This document shows positions 30,603 to 50,161 of a stretch of 64,000 nt of DNA, in pieces; position 1 is the first letter of the stretch; each line of letters begins with the position of its first letter. Source of the stretch: the human T2T-CHM13v2.0 reference genome, Homo sapiens. The notes beneath the pieces were generated by a model. That model was given only the letters and a program-made list of their open reading frames with translations, was not told the DNA's origin and searched no databases. Location of the stretch: assembly GCF_009914755.1 (NCBI RefSeq), contig NC_060930.1. One strand, given 5' to 3'. The position numbers were made by a program, and so were the translations under genes.

Positions 30603-31661
30603 ACATTAGACTGAAAACCATAAAAACCCTAGAAGAAAACCTAGGCATTACCATTCAGGACATAGGCATGGGCAAGGACTTCATGTCTAAAACACCATGA
30701 TGCTTGATTTTATTTCAACTTTTTTGAATGCTTTCAGACTTGTTTTGTGACCTAATCTAAGATCTATCCTTGAGAATAATCCATGTGCTGAGGAAAAGAA
30801 TGTGTATTTCACAGATCTTTGATGAAATGTTCTCTAAATATCTACTAGATCCATTTGTTCTATAGTGCAGATTAAGTTGGATGTTTGTTTGTTAATTTTC
30901 TTTCTGAAAGATCTGTCCAGTGCTGAAAGTGGGGTGCTGAAGTCTCCATCTATTATTTTATTGGAGCTTATCTCTCCATTTAGCTCTAATAATATTTGCT
31001 TTACATATCTGAGTGCTCCAGTGTTGGGTGCATATATGTTTAAAATTGTTGTGTCCCCTTGCTGAATTAACCTCCTTATCATTATATAGTTACCTTCTTT
31101 GTCTCTTCCTAATGTTTTTGTCTTGAAATCTATTTTGTCTAAGTATAGCAACTCCTGCTCTTTTTTGGTTTCCATTGGCATGAACTGTGTTTTTCCATCC
31201 CTTTATTTTCAGTCTATGTGTGTCTTTATAGGTGAAGTGCATTTCTTACAGGCAACAGATCAATGGTTCTTGCTTTTTTATTCATCCAGCCACTCTATAC
31301 GTTTTGATTGGTGAATCTATTTACATTCAATGCTATTTTTGATAAGTAAGGATTTAATCCTGCCATTTTTTAACTTTGTTTTCTAGTTGTTTTGTGGTCT
31401 CTTTCTTGTGAGACATACCTTTTAAACAATGGTCAGTTTTTCACATGACTTGTTTTTTGTAGTGTAATTTAGAAGGCATTGCTTAAATAAATCTCCTATA
31501 ATACCTTACAGTGTTTCTGTGAAATTTCCATGGGGTAAAAATACTGCATCTTACAAAATTCTTTTCCAAAATGTATATAGCTGAAAAAGGTAACATATTA
31601 AGCCATTGATGTGCCATTGTTTAATAAGAGATTAGAAAACAAGTCAATTAATTTACCCAAA

Positions 31662-31885
31662 CACAGGTTGCAAACCAGCTGCTCTTAGCAGAATCTGGCT
31701 GCAATCTTGTTTTGTTTGGCTAACAAAAAAGTGTTTGTGCAATGCTTGAATTTTAATGACTTTAAACAAGTGTTTAAATGCTTCTTCCCATTTTCCAGTG
31801 GCCCTTCTGAATTTCTATCTTGTTTATACCAGGCTCAAATTATGTATTTATGTTATTTTTTAGCATTTGTGTTTGTGACCTCCAT
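31662..31885. mobile_element. Probable hAT-Charlie MITE (MER102/MER58-like)
   Basis: caggttgcaaac...gtttgtgacctc quasi-TIRs; internal ttgttttgtttggc. Confidence 0.45.
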
Positions 31886-32259
31886 CAAAGTACCAATATG
31901 TTTATGGAGTGAGAGAAGGCACCACCTCAAGCTAGTGTAGTTGTGCAGCTCACAGAGAACATGTCTAGCAATTATTAGAGTGCCTTTCTAGGTCCTCTTT
32001 TATTAACATATCCCCACTCTATGCTGATAATCTCACCCTATGTTGATGACTCTCAAACATACATAGTTGTCCTTTCTTCTGAACTACGATTATATACAAT
32101 CTTCTCTTGTACTTGGCACTTAGATTTCTGCAGACATCGCCAAAATTTCACTTTCTAGCTTGCCTCTTATGTTTTCCATTTCAGTTAAAGGCCCAGTATT
32201 GCTTTAATGCGAGCTACTTGGGGGCAAAGATACCCCTATATCTCTAGCAAAAGAGACCT

Positions 32260-34160
32260 ATTCTTGGTCATAGTGGGTGCTCCATTTTTGTTTTTAATTT
32301 TTTATTTGGAGATAAAACTCACAAGAAGTTGCAAAAATAGTAGTTTTCATGTAACCTTCACTCAACTTTTTCCCCAATAACAACATATTATATAGTCATA
32401 GTACATTTTTTAAAGCTAGAAAATTGATATTGGTATAAATATTATTAGTCAAACTATAATTTTTTTCAGATTTTACCAAATTTTACACACACTTGTATTC
32501 TTTTTGGGGTATAGTGTGACAAAATTTTATCACATGTATAGATTGGTTTAACAACCACTGCAAACATTACACAAATATGCTACATTGCCGGAAAGAAACA
32601 CCCTCTTGCTTCCTCTTCATAGTCAGACTCTACTCTATCCCTAAACCCTAGATACTTATTCTCCATCAATACAGTTTTGTCATTTTGGAAGTGTTGTATA
32701 AATGAAATCGTATAATATGTAACCCTTTGAGATGGGCTTTTATTTTCATTCAGCATTATACCCTTTCAATCCATCCTACTTGGTGGGTGCCTGTATAAAA
32801 ATAATTTATTTCTTTATATAGGTAGGTAATATTTCATAGTGTGTATGTATGTATGTACCACAGCTTGTTCATACATTTGCCTATTCAATAACATTTTACT
32901 TGTTTTCAGTTTTATCTATTACAAATAAAGCCGCTCTGAACTGTTATGCACAGGTTTTTGAATAGACACAAAATTTTATTTCTTGAGTATAAATATATAC
33001 ACAGAAGTGATCACTAGATCATACAGTAAGTGAATGTTTAACTTCATAAGAAATGGACAAAGAGGTGACAAATACCTCTTCAAGGTGGCTATACCGTTTT
33101 ACATTCCTACCAGCAAAGTCAGAGAGTTCTAGTAGCTCTGCATCATTGCTAGCACTTGATATTATCAGTATTCTTTTTTTTATTTTAGTCATTCTCATTG
33201 CTGTGTGTGGTATAGGTATCTCATTATGACTCTAATTTGTTCTCTAATCTGGCTTATGATGTGAACATTTTTTATATATTTAGTTGACATCTGCATATGC
33301 TTTTTGGTGAAACATCTTTCTCTATATATTGTAGAAGGGATTTGACTGACTTCTTCTGTGCTTTGCAAATGTTATCTCCCAGTCTGTGGCTTAACTTTTT
33401 ATCCTCTTCACTAGGTGTTTGACGGAAAAATGCTAATTTTGATGAAGTTTCAATTTATCCTTTTTTTCTGGATCACCTTTTTGGTGTCATGTTTAAGAAC
33501 ACTGAAACTAGCCTTTTGTTACAAAGATTTTCTCCTAAAAGATTTATAGTTCAATGTTTTAAATTTGTATCTATTATCCATTTTAAGTAAATTTATGTGT
33601 GATATGAAGTTTGGGTTAGATTCATACTATTTCAAATAATGTATTGAAAAGGCTACTCTTTCCTCATCGAATTGCTTTTGCTATATATTTGTGGGTCAAT
33701 TTATACATTTTCTATTCTGCTCCATTGATTTACATGTCTGTCCCTCCTCCAACACCACACTGACTTAGTTACGGTGGTTATATAGTTTTAAAATTGGGGA
33801 ATATAATTCCTTAAACTTTAGTCTTCTTTTTCAATATTATATTTAGCTAGTCTACTTTCTTCATCTTTCATGTAAGTTTTAGAATTAGCTTGTCTATATC
33901 TGAAAAACATAGCTACTTAAATTTTGATAACATTGCATTAAAATTATAGATCAATTTAGGGATAATTAATATCTTTACTATGTTGACTTCTAATTCATAA
34001 ATATATGCCTTTCTATTTATGTAGGCCTACTTTAATTTTTCCATCTGTATTTTATAATTGTCAGTCTATGGATATCAGGCATTTTTAAAGTATATAACTA
34101 TTTCATTTTTTGGAGTAATTTTAAATTGTATTGAATTTAATTTTTATGTTCAACACTGAT
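32260..34160 (-). mobile_element. L1MC/L1MD-type 3' region
   Basis: actcacaagaagttgcaaaaatag; acattcctaccagcaaagtcagagagttc; probably continues at 45790-46290. Confidence 0.75.
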
Positions 34161-34161
34161 A

Positions 34162-35365
<1,204 letters not shown>

Positions 35366-37046
35366 GCTCTATTTATATATGTGACATTTTCTTTATTCAA
35401 TCATCCACTGATGTAAACTTGATACCATATCTCTGCTATTGTGAGTAGTGCTGTACATGTATCTTTTCAAAATGATGATTTCTTTTCCTTAGGTAGATAC
35501 CCAGTAGTGGGATTACTGGATGAAATAGTAGTACTATTTTTAGTTCTTAGAGAAATCTTCTAGCGTTTTACGTAGAGATTGTAAAAATTTACATTCTCAC
35601 CAAAAATTGTATAACCATTCCTTTTCTCTGCATCTTCACCAACATCTGTTATTTTTTGGCTTTTTAATAACACCCATTCTGACTGGTATAAGATGGCATC
35701 TCATCGTGGTTTTAATTTGCATTTCTGTAATGATTAGTGATGATGAGCATTTTTTCATATGCTTCTTGGCCATTTTTATGTCTTCTTTTGCAAAATGTCT
35801 ATTCATGTCCTTTGCCTACTTTTTAATGGGATTGTTTGTTTTCTTCTTGTTGAGTTGTTTGAATTCCTTGTAGATTCTGGATATTTACCTCATTGGATGC
35901 ATACTTTGAAAATATTTTCTTTTCCTGTACGTCTTTTTTTTTTTTAACTGTTGATTATTTCTTTTGCTGTGAATAAGCTTTTTAGTTGAATTAAGTCCCA
36001 TTTATCTATTGTGATTTTTGTTACATTTGCCTTTGAGGCCTTAGTCATAAGTTATATGCCCAAGCCAATATCCAAAAGAGTTTTTCCTAGCTTATTTTGG
36101 AGGATTTTTATAGTTTTTGGTCTTATGTTTAAGTCTTTGTATATGGTGAGGGAGAGGGCTACAGCTTTATTCTTTTATATATGGCAGTCCAGTTTTCCAA
36201 GCACCATATCTTGAATAGGGAGTTCTTTCCCCAGGTTATGTTTTTGTCAACTTTGTCAAAGATCAGTTGGATATAATTATGTTGCTCTATTGGTTCTCTA
36301 TTCTGTTCCATTGATCAATGTATTTATTTTTGTGCTAGTAGCGTGATGTTTTGGTTACCATAGCCTTGTAGTCTAATTTGGAGTCAGGTACTGTAACGCC
36401 TCCAGCTTGTCGTTATTATTTCAGCTTAGAATTGCTCTGGCTATTCGGCCTGTTTTATTGGTTTCATCTAAATTTGAATTTTAGATTTTTTTCTAATTCT
36501 ATGAAAAGTGAATTTGGTATTTTCATAGGAATTTCAATGAATCTGTAGATTGCTTTGGGCAGTTTGGTCATTTTAATGACGTTGCTTCTTTCAATCCATG
36601 AACATGGAATGCTTTTACTTCTTTGGTTAAATATATTTCTAGGAATGTCTTAATGATTGTAAATAGGATTCACTACTTGATTTGGTTCTTAGCTTTATCA
36701 TTATTGGTGTTTAGAAATGCGACTAATTTTTGTATATTTATGTTGTAGCTTGTAACTTTACTAAATTGCTTCATTAAATCTAGCAATCATTTGGAGGCAC
36801 CTTTAGGGTTTTCTAGATGTAAGATCACATCATCAGCAAATAGAAATAATTTTACTACCTCTTTTTCCAATTCAGATGCATTTTATTTCTTTCTCGTTCT
36901 TGATTGCTCTGGCTAGGACTTCCAGTACTATGTTAAGGAATAGTGAAAGTGGGTATCCTTGCCTTGTTCAAGATCTCAGGAAAAGTGCTTTCAGCTTTTT
37001 CTTGTTAGGAATGATATTTACTCTGGATTTGTTATAAATAGCTTTT

Positions 37047-37331
37047 AAGTTTTTTTAAACAGGGTCTCACTTTGTTGCCCAGGCTGGAGTGCAGTGGTGC
37101 AATCATGGCTCTCTATAGCCTTGACTTCCAAGGCTCAAGTGATCCTCCTACCTCAGCCTCCTGAGTAGATGGGACTACAGGTGTATGCCACCACACTCAG
37201 CTAATTTTTGTATTTTCTCTAGAGATGAGGTCTCACTGTGTTGCCCAGGCTAATCTAAAACTCCTTGGCTCAAGTGATCCTCCTGCCTCTCAAAGTGCTG
37301 GGATTACAGGTGTGAGCCATCACACCTGGCC
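37047..37331 (-). mobile_element. AluJ
   Basis: ggctcaagtgatcctcc in both arms; cagggtctcactttgttgcccaggc. Confidence 0.92.
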
Positions 37332-38074
37332 ATGAATGACTTATTATTTTAAGGAATGTGCCTTTGATGCTTAGTTTGTTGATGGTTTTCATTTGTTGAA
37401 GGTTCTCATCATGAAGGGATTCTAACTTTTATTAGGTGCTTTTTTTAATCTATTGAGATGATCATATGGTTTCTGTTTTTAATTCTGTTTATGTGATAAA
37501 TCACGTATATTGAGTTGTGTATTTGAGCCATCCTTGTTTCCCTGGAATAAAACCCACCTGATCACAGTGTATTATCTTTGTGATTTGCTGTTGGATTCCG
37601 TTTCCTCATATTTTGTTAAGGATTTTTCATCTATGTTTATTAGAAATATTAGTCTTAAGTTTTCCTTTTCTGTTGTGCTCTTGCCTGGCTTTGATTTCAG
37701 GTTAACACTGGCTTTGTAAAGTGAGTTAGAAAGCTTCTTCCTTGATTTTTTTGAAAGCATTTTAGGAGGATTGGTAATAGTTCTTCCTTGCACAGTTGGT
37801 AGAGTTTGGCTGTGAATTCATTTGGTCTTCACTTTTTTCTAGGGGTACTAGGGAGATATTATTGATTCATTCTCACTACTTGTTATTGATATGTTCAGGA
37901 TTTCTACTTCTTGCTGGTTCAATCTTGGGAAGTTTCCAGGAATGTATTCATTTCCTCCTGTTTGTGGACATACAGTTTTCCATAGTAGTCTGATAATTTT
38001 TTGTATTTCTGTCATATCAGTTGCAATGTTTCTTTTTAAATTTTTGATTATATCTGCTTGAGTCTTTTTTAAAA

Positions 38075-38430
38075 TTTTATTATTATTATACTTTAAGTTT
38101 TAGGGTACGTGTGCACAACGTGCAGGTTTGTTACGTATGTGTACATGTGCCATGTTGCTGTGCTGCACCCATTAACTCGTCATTTAGCATTAGGTATATC
38201 TCCTAATGCTATCCCTCCCCGCTTCCCCCACCCCACAACAGTCCCTGGTGTGTGATGTTCCCCTTCCTGTGTCCATGTGTTCTCATTGTTCAATTCCCAC
38301 CTATGAGTGAGAACATGCAGTGTTTGGTTTTTTGTCCTTGCGATACTTTGCTGAGAATGATGGTTTCCAGCTTCACCCATGTCCCTACAAAGGACATGAA
38401 CTCATCATTTTTTATGGCTGCATAGTATTC
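38075..38430 (-). mobile_element. Short 5'-truncated L1PA4-like 3' end
   Basis: attatactttaagttttagggtac...gcattaggtatatctcctaatgc. Confidence 0.9.
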
Positions 38431-40721
38431 TCTTAACTTGGTTAATATAGCTATTGTTCAATCAATTTTTTGTATCTTTTCAAAGAACAAAAAGAGCAAA
38501 CTTTTTGTTTTTTTGGTCCTTTGTATGATTTTTTCATTCTCAGTTTCATTTAGTTCTTCTCTGATCTTTGTTATTTCCTTTCTTTTGTTAGCTTTGGGTT
38601 TGGTTTGTTCTTGTTTTACTTCTTAATTGAGGTAAATGAGATGTTTGGTTGCTAATTTGTGACATTTTGATCTAGGCATTTAATACTGTAAACTTCCCTC
38701 TTGCACTGCTGTGCTTTATCTCAGAGTTTTTTGTATGTTGTGTTTCCCTTTTTGTTTCAATAAAATTTTCAAAATATGTCTTAATTTTGTTGTTGACCTA
38801 AATATTGTTCAGGAGTATGTTGTTTAATTTTTTTATATTTGTATAATTTCAAGTGTTTGTCTTTAATTTATTTTTTAGTTTTATTCCTCTGTGGTCTGAC
38901 AAAATACTTGGCATAATTTATATTTTTTACATTAATTGAGACTTGTTTTGTAGCATAACATATGGTCTATCTTGGAGAATGTGTCATGTACTGATGAAAA
39001 GAATGTGTATTATGCAGTTCTTGGGCAGAAATCTCTACAAATTAAGTTTATTTGGTCTAAAGTTCAATTTAAGTCTACTGTTCTTTCTTGATTTTCTGTT
39101 TCAATTATCTTTCTAGTGTTGTCAATGGGGTGTTGAAGTCCTCCACTATTATTGTATTGTTGTCTGTCTCTTTTAGGTCTGGTAATATTTGTTTCATGAA
39201 TCTGGGTGCTCCAGTGTTAAGTGCATGTATATTTGGAATTTTCATATCTTCTTGTGAATTGGTCCCTTTACCATGATATGAGTTTCTTTTTCTTTTTTTT
39301 TTTTAACTGTTGATGATTTAAAGTATGTTTGATTTGATATAATGGTAGCTACTCCTGCTTGCTTTTTCTTTCCATTTGCATAAAATATCCTTTTCCACCC
39401 ATTTGCCTTCGGACTGTAACTGTCTTTACCAGTAAGTTGAAGTTTTTTATAAGTAACATATAGTTGGTTTGTATTTTTAATCCATTTCACCACTTTATTT
39501 CTAAGTGGAGCATTAAATTTATTTATGTTCAAGGTTAATCTGAGTGTTTTGTTCCTGTCATGATGTTAATTGTTGTCTAGTTGCTGTGTAGATTCATTGT
39601 TTTTTTTTCTCTTTTTGTCTTTTAGTTTGCTTGAATTCTGTCATATTGGTGTTTGATTTCTTTCTCTTCTTCACTTGTGAAATTGTTTTTTATACTTGTG
39701 AGTTTTATAGTTTTGTGTGATTTTATGATGGTGAGTATCAGTCTTTTGTTTCCATGTTTACAACTTCACTGAACATTGCTTGGAGGTCTGGTCTAGTGGT
39801 GATAAAGTCCCTCAGCATCTGCTTGTCAGGGAAAGACTTTATTTCCTCATTTATAAAACTTATTCTAGTAGGACACAAAAATCAGGATTGACATTTTTTT
39901 TTCTTTATGCACTTTGAAAATAGAATCCTAATCTTTGCTGGCTTGTAATGCTTCTGCTGAGAAGTTTGCTGTTAGTCTGATGGAGTTACCTTTATAGGTG
40001 ATAGATGCTTTTCTCCTCCTGATTTTAATATTTATTTCCTTCACATTGGCCTTAGAAAGTCTGATGACTGTATTTCATGATGAAGCCTTTCCTGCAATGT
40101 ATTTTTCTGGGTTTTGTTGTGACTTTTGTATCTGGATACCTAAATCTTTTGCTAGACTAGGGAATTTTTTACTAATTACTTTCCTAAATAAGTTTTCCAA
40201 ATTTTTTGCTTGACTTATATGTTTGGCCATATTTTGTACTCCTTTTTCATTATTTTTAATTCATTTTTAAAAAATGTTTTTGTCTTACTGGATTAATCCA
40301 AAAGACTTTTCTTCAAGTTCTGAGATTTATTTTCTTCTGCTTCATCTAGTCTGTTGCTGAAGACTTTATCTATTTTTTGTAATTTCTTCAAGAGATTTTT
40401 CATTTTCAGAAGTTCTTTTTGATGTTTTAAACATCTGTTTATCTGGTAAATTTGTCATTCATGTTCTAGATTGATTTTCTGATTTATTTGTAACCATTTT
40501 CAGTTTGCTCTTTATCCTAATTGAGCTTCTTTAAAAATCAGTATTTTGAATTCTGTATCTGGTATTTCAATAACTTCATTTTGCTTAGGACCCATTGCTG
40601 GAAAGTTAGTGTGATCCTTTAGGAGTTTCATAAAACAGTTTTTTAAAATAGTTTTAGAATTGTTATTTTGGTTTCTTTTCATCTGCAGTGACTGTCACTT
40701 CTTATTTTTGAGTGTACTTTT

Positions 40722-44282
<3,561 letters not shown>

Positions 44283-45789
44283 GAGTTTATTTTCACTGGG
44301 ACAGGACTTTGTTTTCCTTGAGGATGTGACTATAATGTATGTTGATTATTTGGCTTTGCTTCTGTATGTTTTCATGGATTATTTGGCTTTGCTTCTGTAT
44401 GTTTTCAATGGTGACGCACCGTATGAATTCCTTGGTTATAGATAGCCTTATTGTGGTGGCTCAAATGCTGGTTGTAGAAGTGGTACACTGTGCATGTGAG
44501 CAGTCTCACAGCCTCCTGTGAAGCTGAGGTGGCAGGATTTTTAAGAACTGTATGTTTTTCCCAAGTGCCATACAGTTGTGTCAGCAGATTATGTATTGGG
44601 TTGTTCAGGCCTACCTCTAGGCCAGTAGGTGACGCTAGCAGGCAAAAGCTGGATGTGGAAGTAACAGTAGGCCTTCTGCTTGATCTTTGTTTACCAGGAG
44701 TTCTCCAGTGTCTCAGGCAATGGGCAGGGCCATGGAATGTACGTCACCCGGGCTCCATACTTAGCTCCAGAGTGGGGGAAATGAAGCTGGGCAGAGCTGG
44801 ACTGGACAAGATGACACGTGAGTCCCCCAATGGCTGGTGCAAGCACCAGCTTCAGTGGGAGTCCAAGGGGCAGCCACCAAATGCCCAGAGATATGCCCAG
44901 GCAAGGAGTTGAGAAACCACTGATGCACCAAGTTCCCCGCACAGGAAGGGAGGGGTGGCCCACGCTTTCAATCCAGGCAAGTAGGATTGGGATCAGCCTC
45001 CCTCCCACTCCTCGGAATCAGCAGAATTCAGTCTCTTTCCTAAGAGAGCAAGATGAGGTACCCTGCAATGTCACACATAGACTGGTCCCCAGGTACAAAG
45101 CTGTTGCTGTCTGCAATCTTGCCACCCAGGCAAAACTGTGGCTCTAGCAAAATCTCCTCCTGCTCTAGTCCCATGAGGGAGAGAGCCCAATTCCAGTGCC
45201 TGCAGCTGGAGTACATTCCACACTTGCCTCTCAGTTCTGCTGATGGGCGCCCTTCCCATACTCCAAACCAAGTGCTTCAATCTCCAGCCCAAGACTTAAA
45301 TGTACTCAGTGGCCACTGCAGCCAGATTGCCAAATATTACCTGGCTTGGTATGTGCCTGGATAGAGAATGGCATCCTCCTGGGAAAATGCCTGAAGTCTT
45401 TTCTAGCGCCTTTCCTTTTCACAGTCACTCAGCCACTCCCCAAGTCAGATCCAGCACTTGGGAGGGACAAGGTGCTCTTCCATGGCCTGGTTGTATGGTT
45501 CCCCCATTGAAAGGTAGATCACAGAGGTACACTCTCTGTCCTTCTCCCATATTGGGGTTACACTCACAGTTCTCAGCCAAATGTGATCATAAAGGCTGCT
45601 TGCCCAACTTCTCTTTCCCGGAATCTGAAGTGTACTTCACTTTTCCAATGAATTCTCATTTTCCTTCTTGAATAAAAGATCACTGTGAAATTCCACACAC
45701 TATTTTGCTATTTACAAGTAGATGAGGCATGCTAACAAAGCCTCTAATCCACCATCTTGGGGAAAAAAATAAGTTCAACCTTTAATCTC

Positions 45790-46290
45790 AATAGGTGTTG
45801 GATTTTTGTTCAAATATTTTTACATCCATTGATAAGAAAATGCGACTTTTCTTCCTTAGACTACTGATGTGGTGGGTGACATTGACTGATTTTCTAATAT
45901 TAAACCATCCTTGTATGCCTGGACTAAATCCCACTTGGTCATGGTACATTAGTGTTTTAGTATGTTTTAATATATTCATGGGCATTATTTGCTAACATAT
46001 TTTTGAGAATTTTTGCATCCATATTCATGATGGAAATAGGTCTGTATTTTCTTTTCTTTTTTATTATCTGTATAATTTTGATACAAGGCTAATCCTGACT
46101 TTATAACATGAGTTAGGACGTGTAATCTTCTCTTCTATTCTTTGGCACAGATTGTGCAGATTTGGTATTATTTCTCCACTAAGTGTTTGGTAGACTTTAT
46201 AGTGGATATATCTGAGCCTAGAAATTTATTTTTCAGAAGGCTGTAACTACAAATTCAATTTCCCTAACAGTCATATAGCTATTCAGGTTT
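45790..46290 (-). mobile_element. Ancient L1M ORF2 relic
   Basis: ORF 45788..45985 contains HDQVGFSPGIQGWFNIRKS (L1 RT region). Confidence 0.8.
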
Positions 46291-46684
46291 TCTAATCTAT
46301 CTTGTGTAACAAATGAATCACATGCCTATGATTTCAATTGGCTATCCTGGAAACAATGGTGAAATATGGTTTGTTTACTTGCTTTTTCCTTGTATACTTT
46401 AGTAATTATTTGGCACTCTTGTATTGGTAAGTGCTATGGTTTGTGAGAGGATGCTTTGATCATTCAGTTCTTCATGGTACTAAAGGGATCACACAAAGAT
46501 CTACAGGAAGAACATTTCAAGTAGAAGCTAGAGCTGTTGCAAATGCTCTGGCATATTAGAGGAACAACAACAATAAAAAAGATTAATGCCACTACAGCTT
46601 AGTGAATGACAGAGTAAATGACATGAGGAGAGGAAAGAGAGGTAGGACCTTCTATTTTAATTGTGATAAAAATTATTCTAAATC

Positions 46685-46979
<295 letters not shown>

Positions 46980-48059
46980 TCTCTAATTCTGACAGAAACC
47001 ACTGGAGAGTTGTAAACAAGAAAAGTATATCACCTGATTTGTATTCCTAAAATATTACTTTTGTTAATGTGGAGTGGATGGATTATAGGGAAAAATAATT
47101 AAGTAGGAAGACTAGATAGTAGGGTACCACAGTAGTCCAGGTGAAAGACTATGGAGAACTGGATTAGAGTTTTGACAGTAGAAATATGATAAATAATTAT
47201 ATTCAGGGTATGTTTTCAAATAGCACCAACAATTCCTGTTAAAGAATGCTGCAAATACGTGGCCACAAAAATTGTCTTGTCCAATATGTATTGTATTATA
47301 ATATTATATGTATTATGTTACATATGGTAAGTTTTGTGTAAATATACATTATTAGTTAAAATCATTTTTCAGTTAAAGCAAGGCTCTGTTTTAATTACAG
47401 CTACAAGAAGGGATTACAGATGTTTTATTAATATATTGGACAATATGTGGTTAGACAAGTACAAATATTAAAATATAATAATTTAAATATTCAATTAATT
47501 ATTGCATAGTTTAATAGTGTGATATTGGTGTGCTTTCTCACCAATTCTAAGTCAATGTTAAACTACACATTTTAGAATTAACTTTCTTTTATGTGATATT
47601 CAGAATGACTACGTCAATGATTATTTTATGTTCATGTATTTCTTTGCATTAAGTTGGCAGAAAATGGTATGGTATGGCATTTCACATAATTATTAGTAAA
47701 CAAATACCTATTGAATTACTTGAATTATTTTGTCTTGGTTGAATATTAAACAATTTGGTAAGGAAAAACAATATTTTAAAACTAAAACAAATGAATGAGT
47801 GAGCAATTCCCTGTTAAGGGTATTGTTTTTAGCAAATGGAATAAAGCCAACTATGATTATAGAACCAACTTCTTTGCAGAAAGACTAAATAAACTCTCAA
47901 AGACATTCTATTTTCTTTGAGTGAAAAAGGTTTAAGGTAGGGCTAAATAATCATTTAAGATAATTTAACATATCTAACAATTATAAGTAAGTAAATGGGG
48001 GGTCCCATTACAGAGATTCTTAATCCTATCTAATTATCTATCTATGGATTTTCAAAAGT

Positions 48060-48345
48060 ATTAATGCCTGGTCTCAACCTCAGGACAATTACATCAAAAT
48101 TGCTAGGAATGCCTAGCATCAGGTTTTGAAGCCCCTTGGATAATTCTGATATGCAAACAAAGTTTAAGCTGTGATTCTTAACTTCAGTATATTGAAATTA
48201 TCTTGGGAGTTTTAAATAACATTGATGCCCCCCTGCCTTCCCAGGAGTTTCTGATTTAGTTGGTTTGAAAGGTGTCCTGGGAATTGAAAGTTGCAAAAGC
48301 TCCTCCAGGTGATTGTAATGGGATTCCCAGGCAGTAACTACTGTC
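48060..48345. mobile_element. MER5A/MER5B-like fragments
   Basis: ataattctgatatgca; tttctgatttagttggtttg; aagctcctccaggtgatt. Confidence 0.65.
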
Positions 48346-50161
48346 ATTAAACCACTGCATGGTTCGCCCCTACTAGGCAGGTGAAGAGAATGGACCTATT
48401 GAAAAAATCCTCACCTGCTCATATAAATACAACATAGAAAACATACTTATGATGATAAGACTCTTCTCTAAATTCTGGATGAAATTAATGTCCACTTCAT
48501 TAGGTTTTGTGAGAACTTAATGTAATGTATTAGTACCTTACTCATTAAAAACACTTAATAATGTTGGCTACTATTATTCATACATCAACATCACTAAACT
48601 TTAAATGTCTTGTGTGATTTAAGTAAGTCAGTCTGACCTACTCAAAATTGTATGACATCATCCATCCCAGTGTGTGGAACATTAAGTAATAAGTATGTGT
48701 TGAAAAAACATATTTATGAATGAGTGAGTGAGTGAATGAATGAATTGCTATTGCCATTAGAAATGAGAAATAAGGGCAAAGCTCAAAGGTGGAATTTTTG
48801 GGAATATTCATAATAATGGAGAAACAAGAAGAAAGGAAGCCAGAGAATAGTACTATCAGGGAGGGAGAAAGCTGGACTATAAAATGTTTTGTAAGGCAAG
48901 ACAGAGAGATTTAATCAGGAAGATAACTCTACTGTGTCAAATACGGCAGAAAGACTGACGTTAGCATTTCTCACTAATTCTTATAAAAATGGTATCAATT
49001 CAAATTAGCAAAAGACTAGAGGTTTTATGCTCAAAATAAATTAGTCTACAAACTAAGTTACTAGTAAACAATGATTTTAATTAAAATATAAAACAAATCA
49101 CATTATAAGTAATATACTTTATCAGGCTACTAAAACTCACTGACATCAAGGGCATTGTCATTAGGCTTCCAGCATGTGCTATCCTGACTATTCTGTCTGA
49201 TTGTGAGAAATTATCTGTAGTAAGGTTAAATTTAGAAAACTAGACAGAGAAAGTATTGATCTACAGTTCCTTAAAGAGTAGTCTGTATAAACTGGTTTAT
49301 AACTTGCTTTGGCTCATTTAACAATATAAGGAAAAGTTTTTTATGTTATCAGTTAATCTTTCACATCATTATTTTTAATGATTTTATCACCCCCCGCCTT
49401 CAAAACGAAATACTAGTCCTTTCTAGGACAAACAGTAGCTTCAAATGTATTGCAATTATAAACCATTCTGGATCTGAAATCACTAAAGATAAAGATTTGC
49501 AAGTATCATGAATATGTTCTCAGAACACTTTTTCTTGAAGTTTAACGGTTGCGTCAATAGGGAAGCGCCGTTTTAAAGCTTGTGATATAAATTCTACTAG
49601 AAGCAGTGAAAAGGAGTACTGACTTCCACACATCTTCATCAACACTGTGTTTTGTAATTTTTTTTTCTTTCTTTTAATGTCACAAAAAATTGTCACATCA
49701 TGGTTTTAATTTGCATTCATATGCCTAATGCTGGGTGAATCTTTTGGGAGCTGGTTTGAGAATTTTCACACCCAAAGCTGGAGAGAGTGCTGAACCTGGA
49801 TGGGTGGGTAGTGCCAGGGACTCAGTTGGAATCTGTTTCTACAAAGAAAGAGAAGGCAGTTTAAACTCAGGAGACCAAAAGTAGACATGATAATCTAAAA
49901 ATGGAAAGAAAAATATCCAAGAATTAGGCCGTGGACAGTGAGCAGCCAGAGAATGAGACTTTGTGGGAAAGTCTTGCCAAATTGCTTTGAGGAAGATTGT
50001 TGACTCACAGTGAGTCTCATGGATCTTCAACAGTGTAGCGCATGAGTGAGAAATCTGTACTTCAAATAGAGGTGTAGGCCAAATACTTTCTAAGAATAGA
50101 AAACTTAAAGGAACTCCAGTGCACTGATAACATGAGAAGTGATGCAGGAGTAGAATTGATG

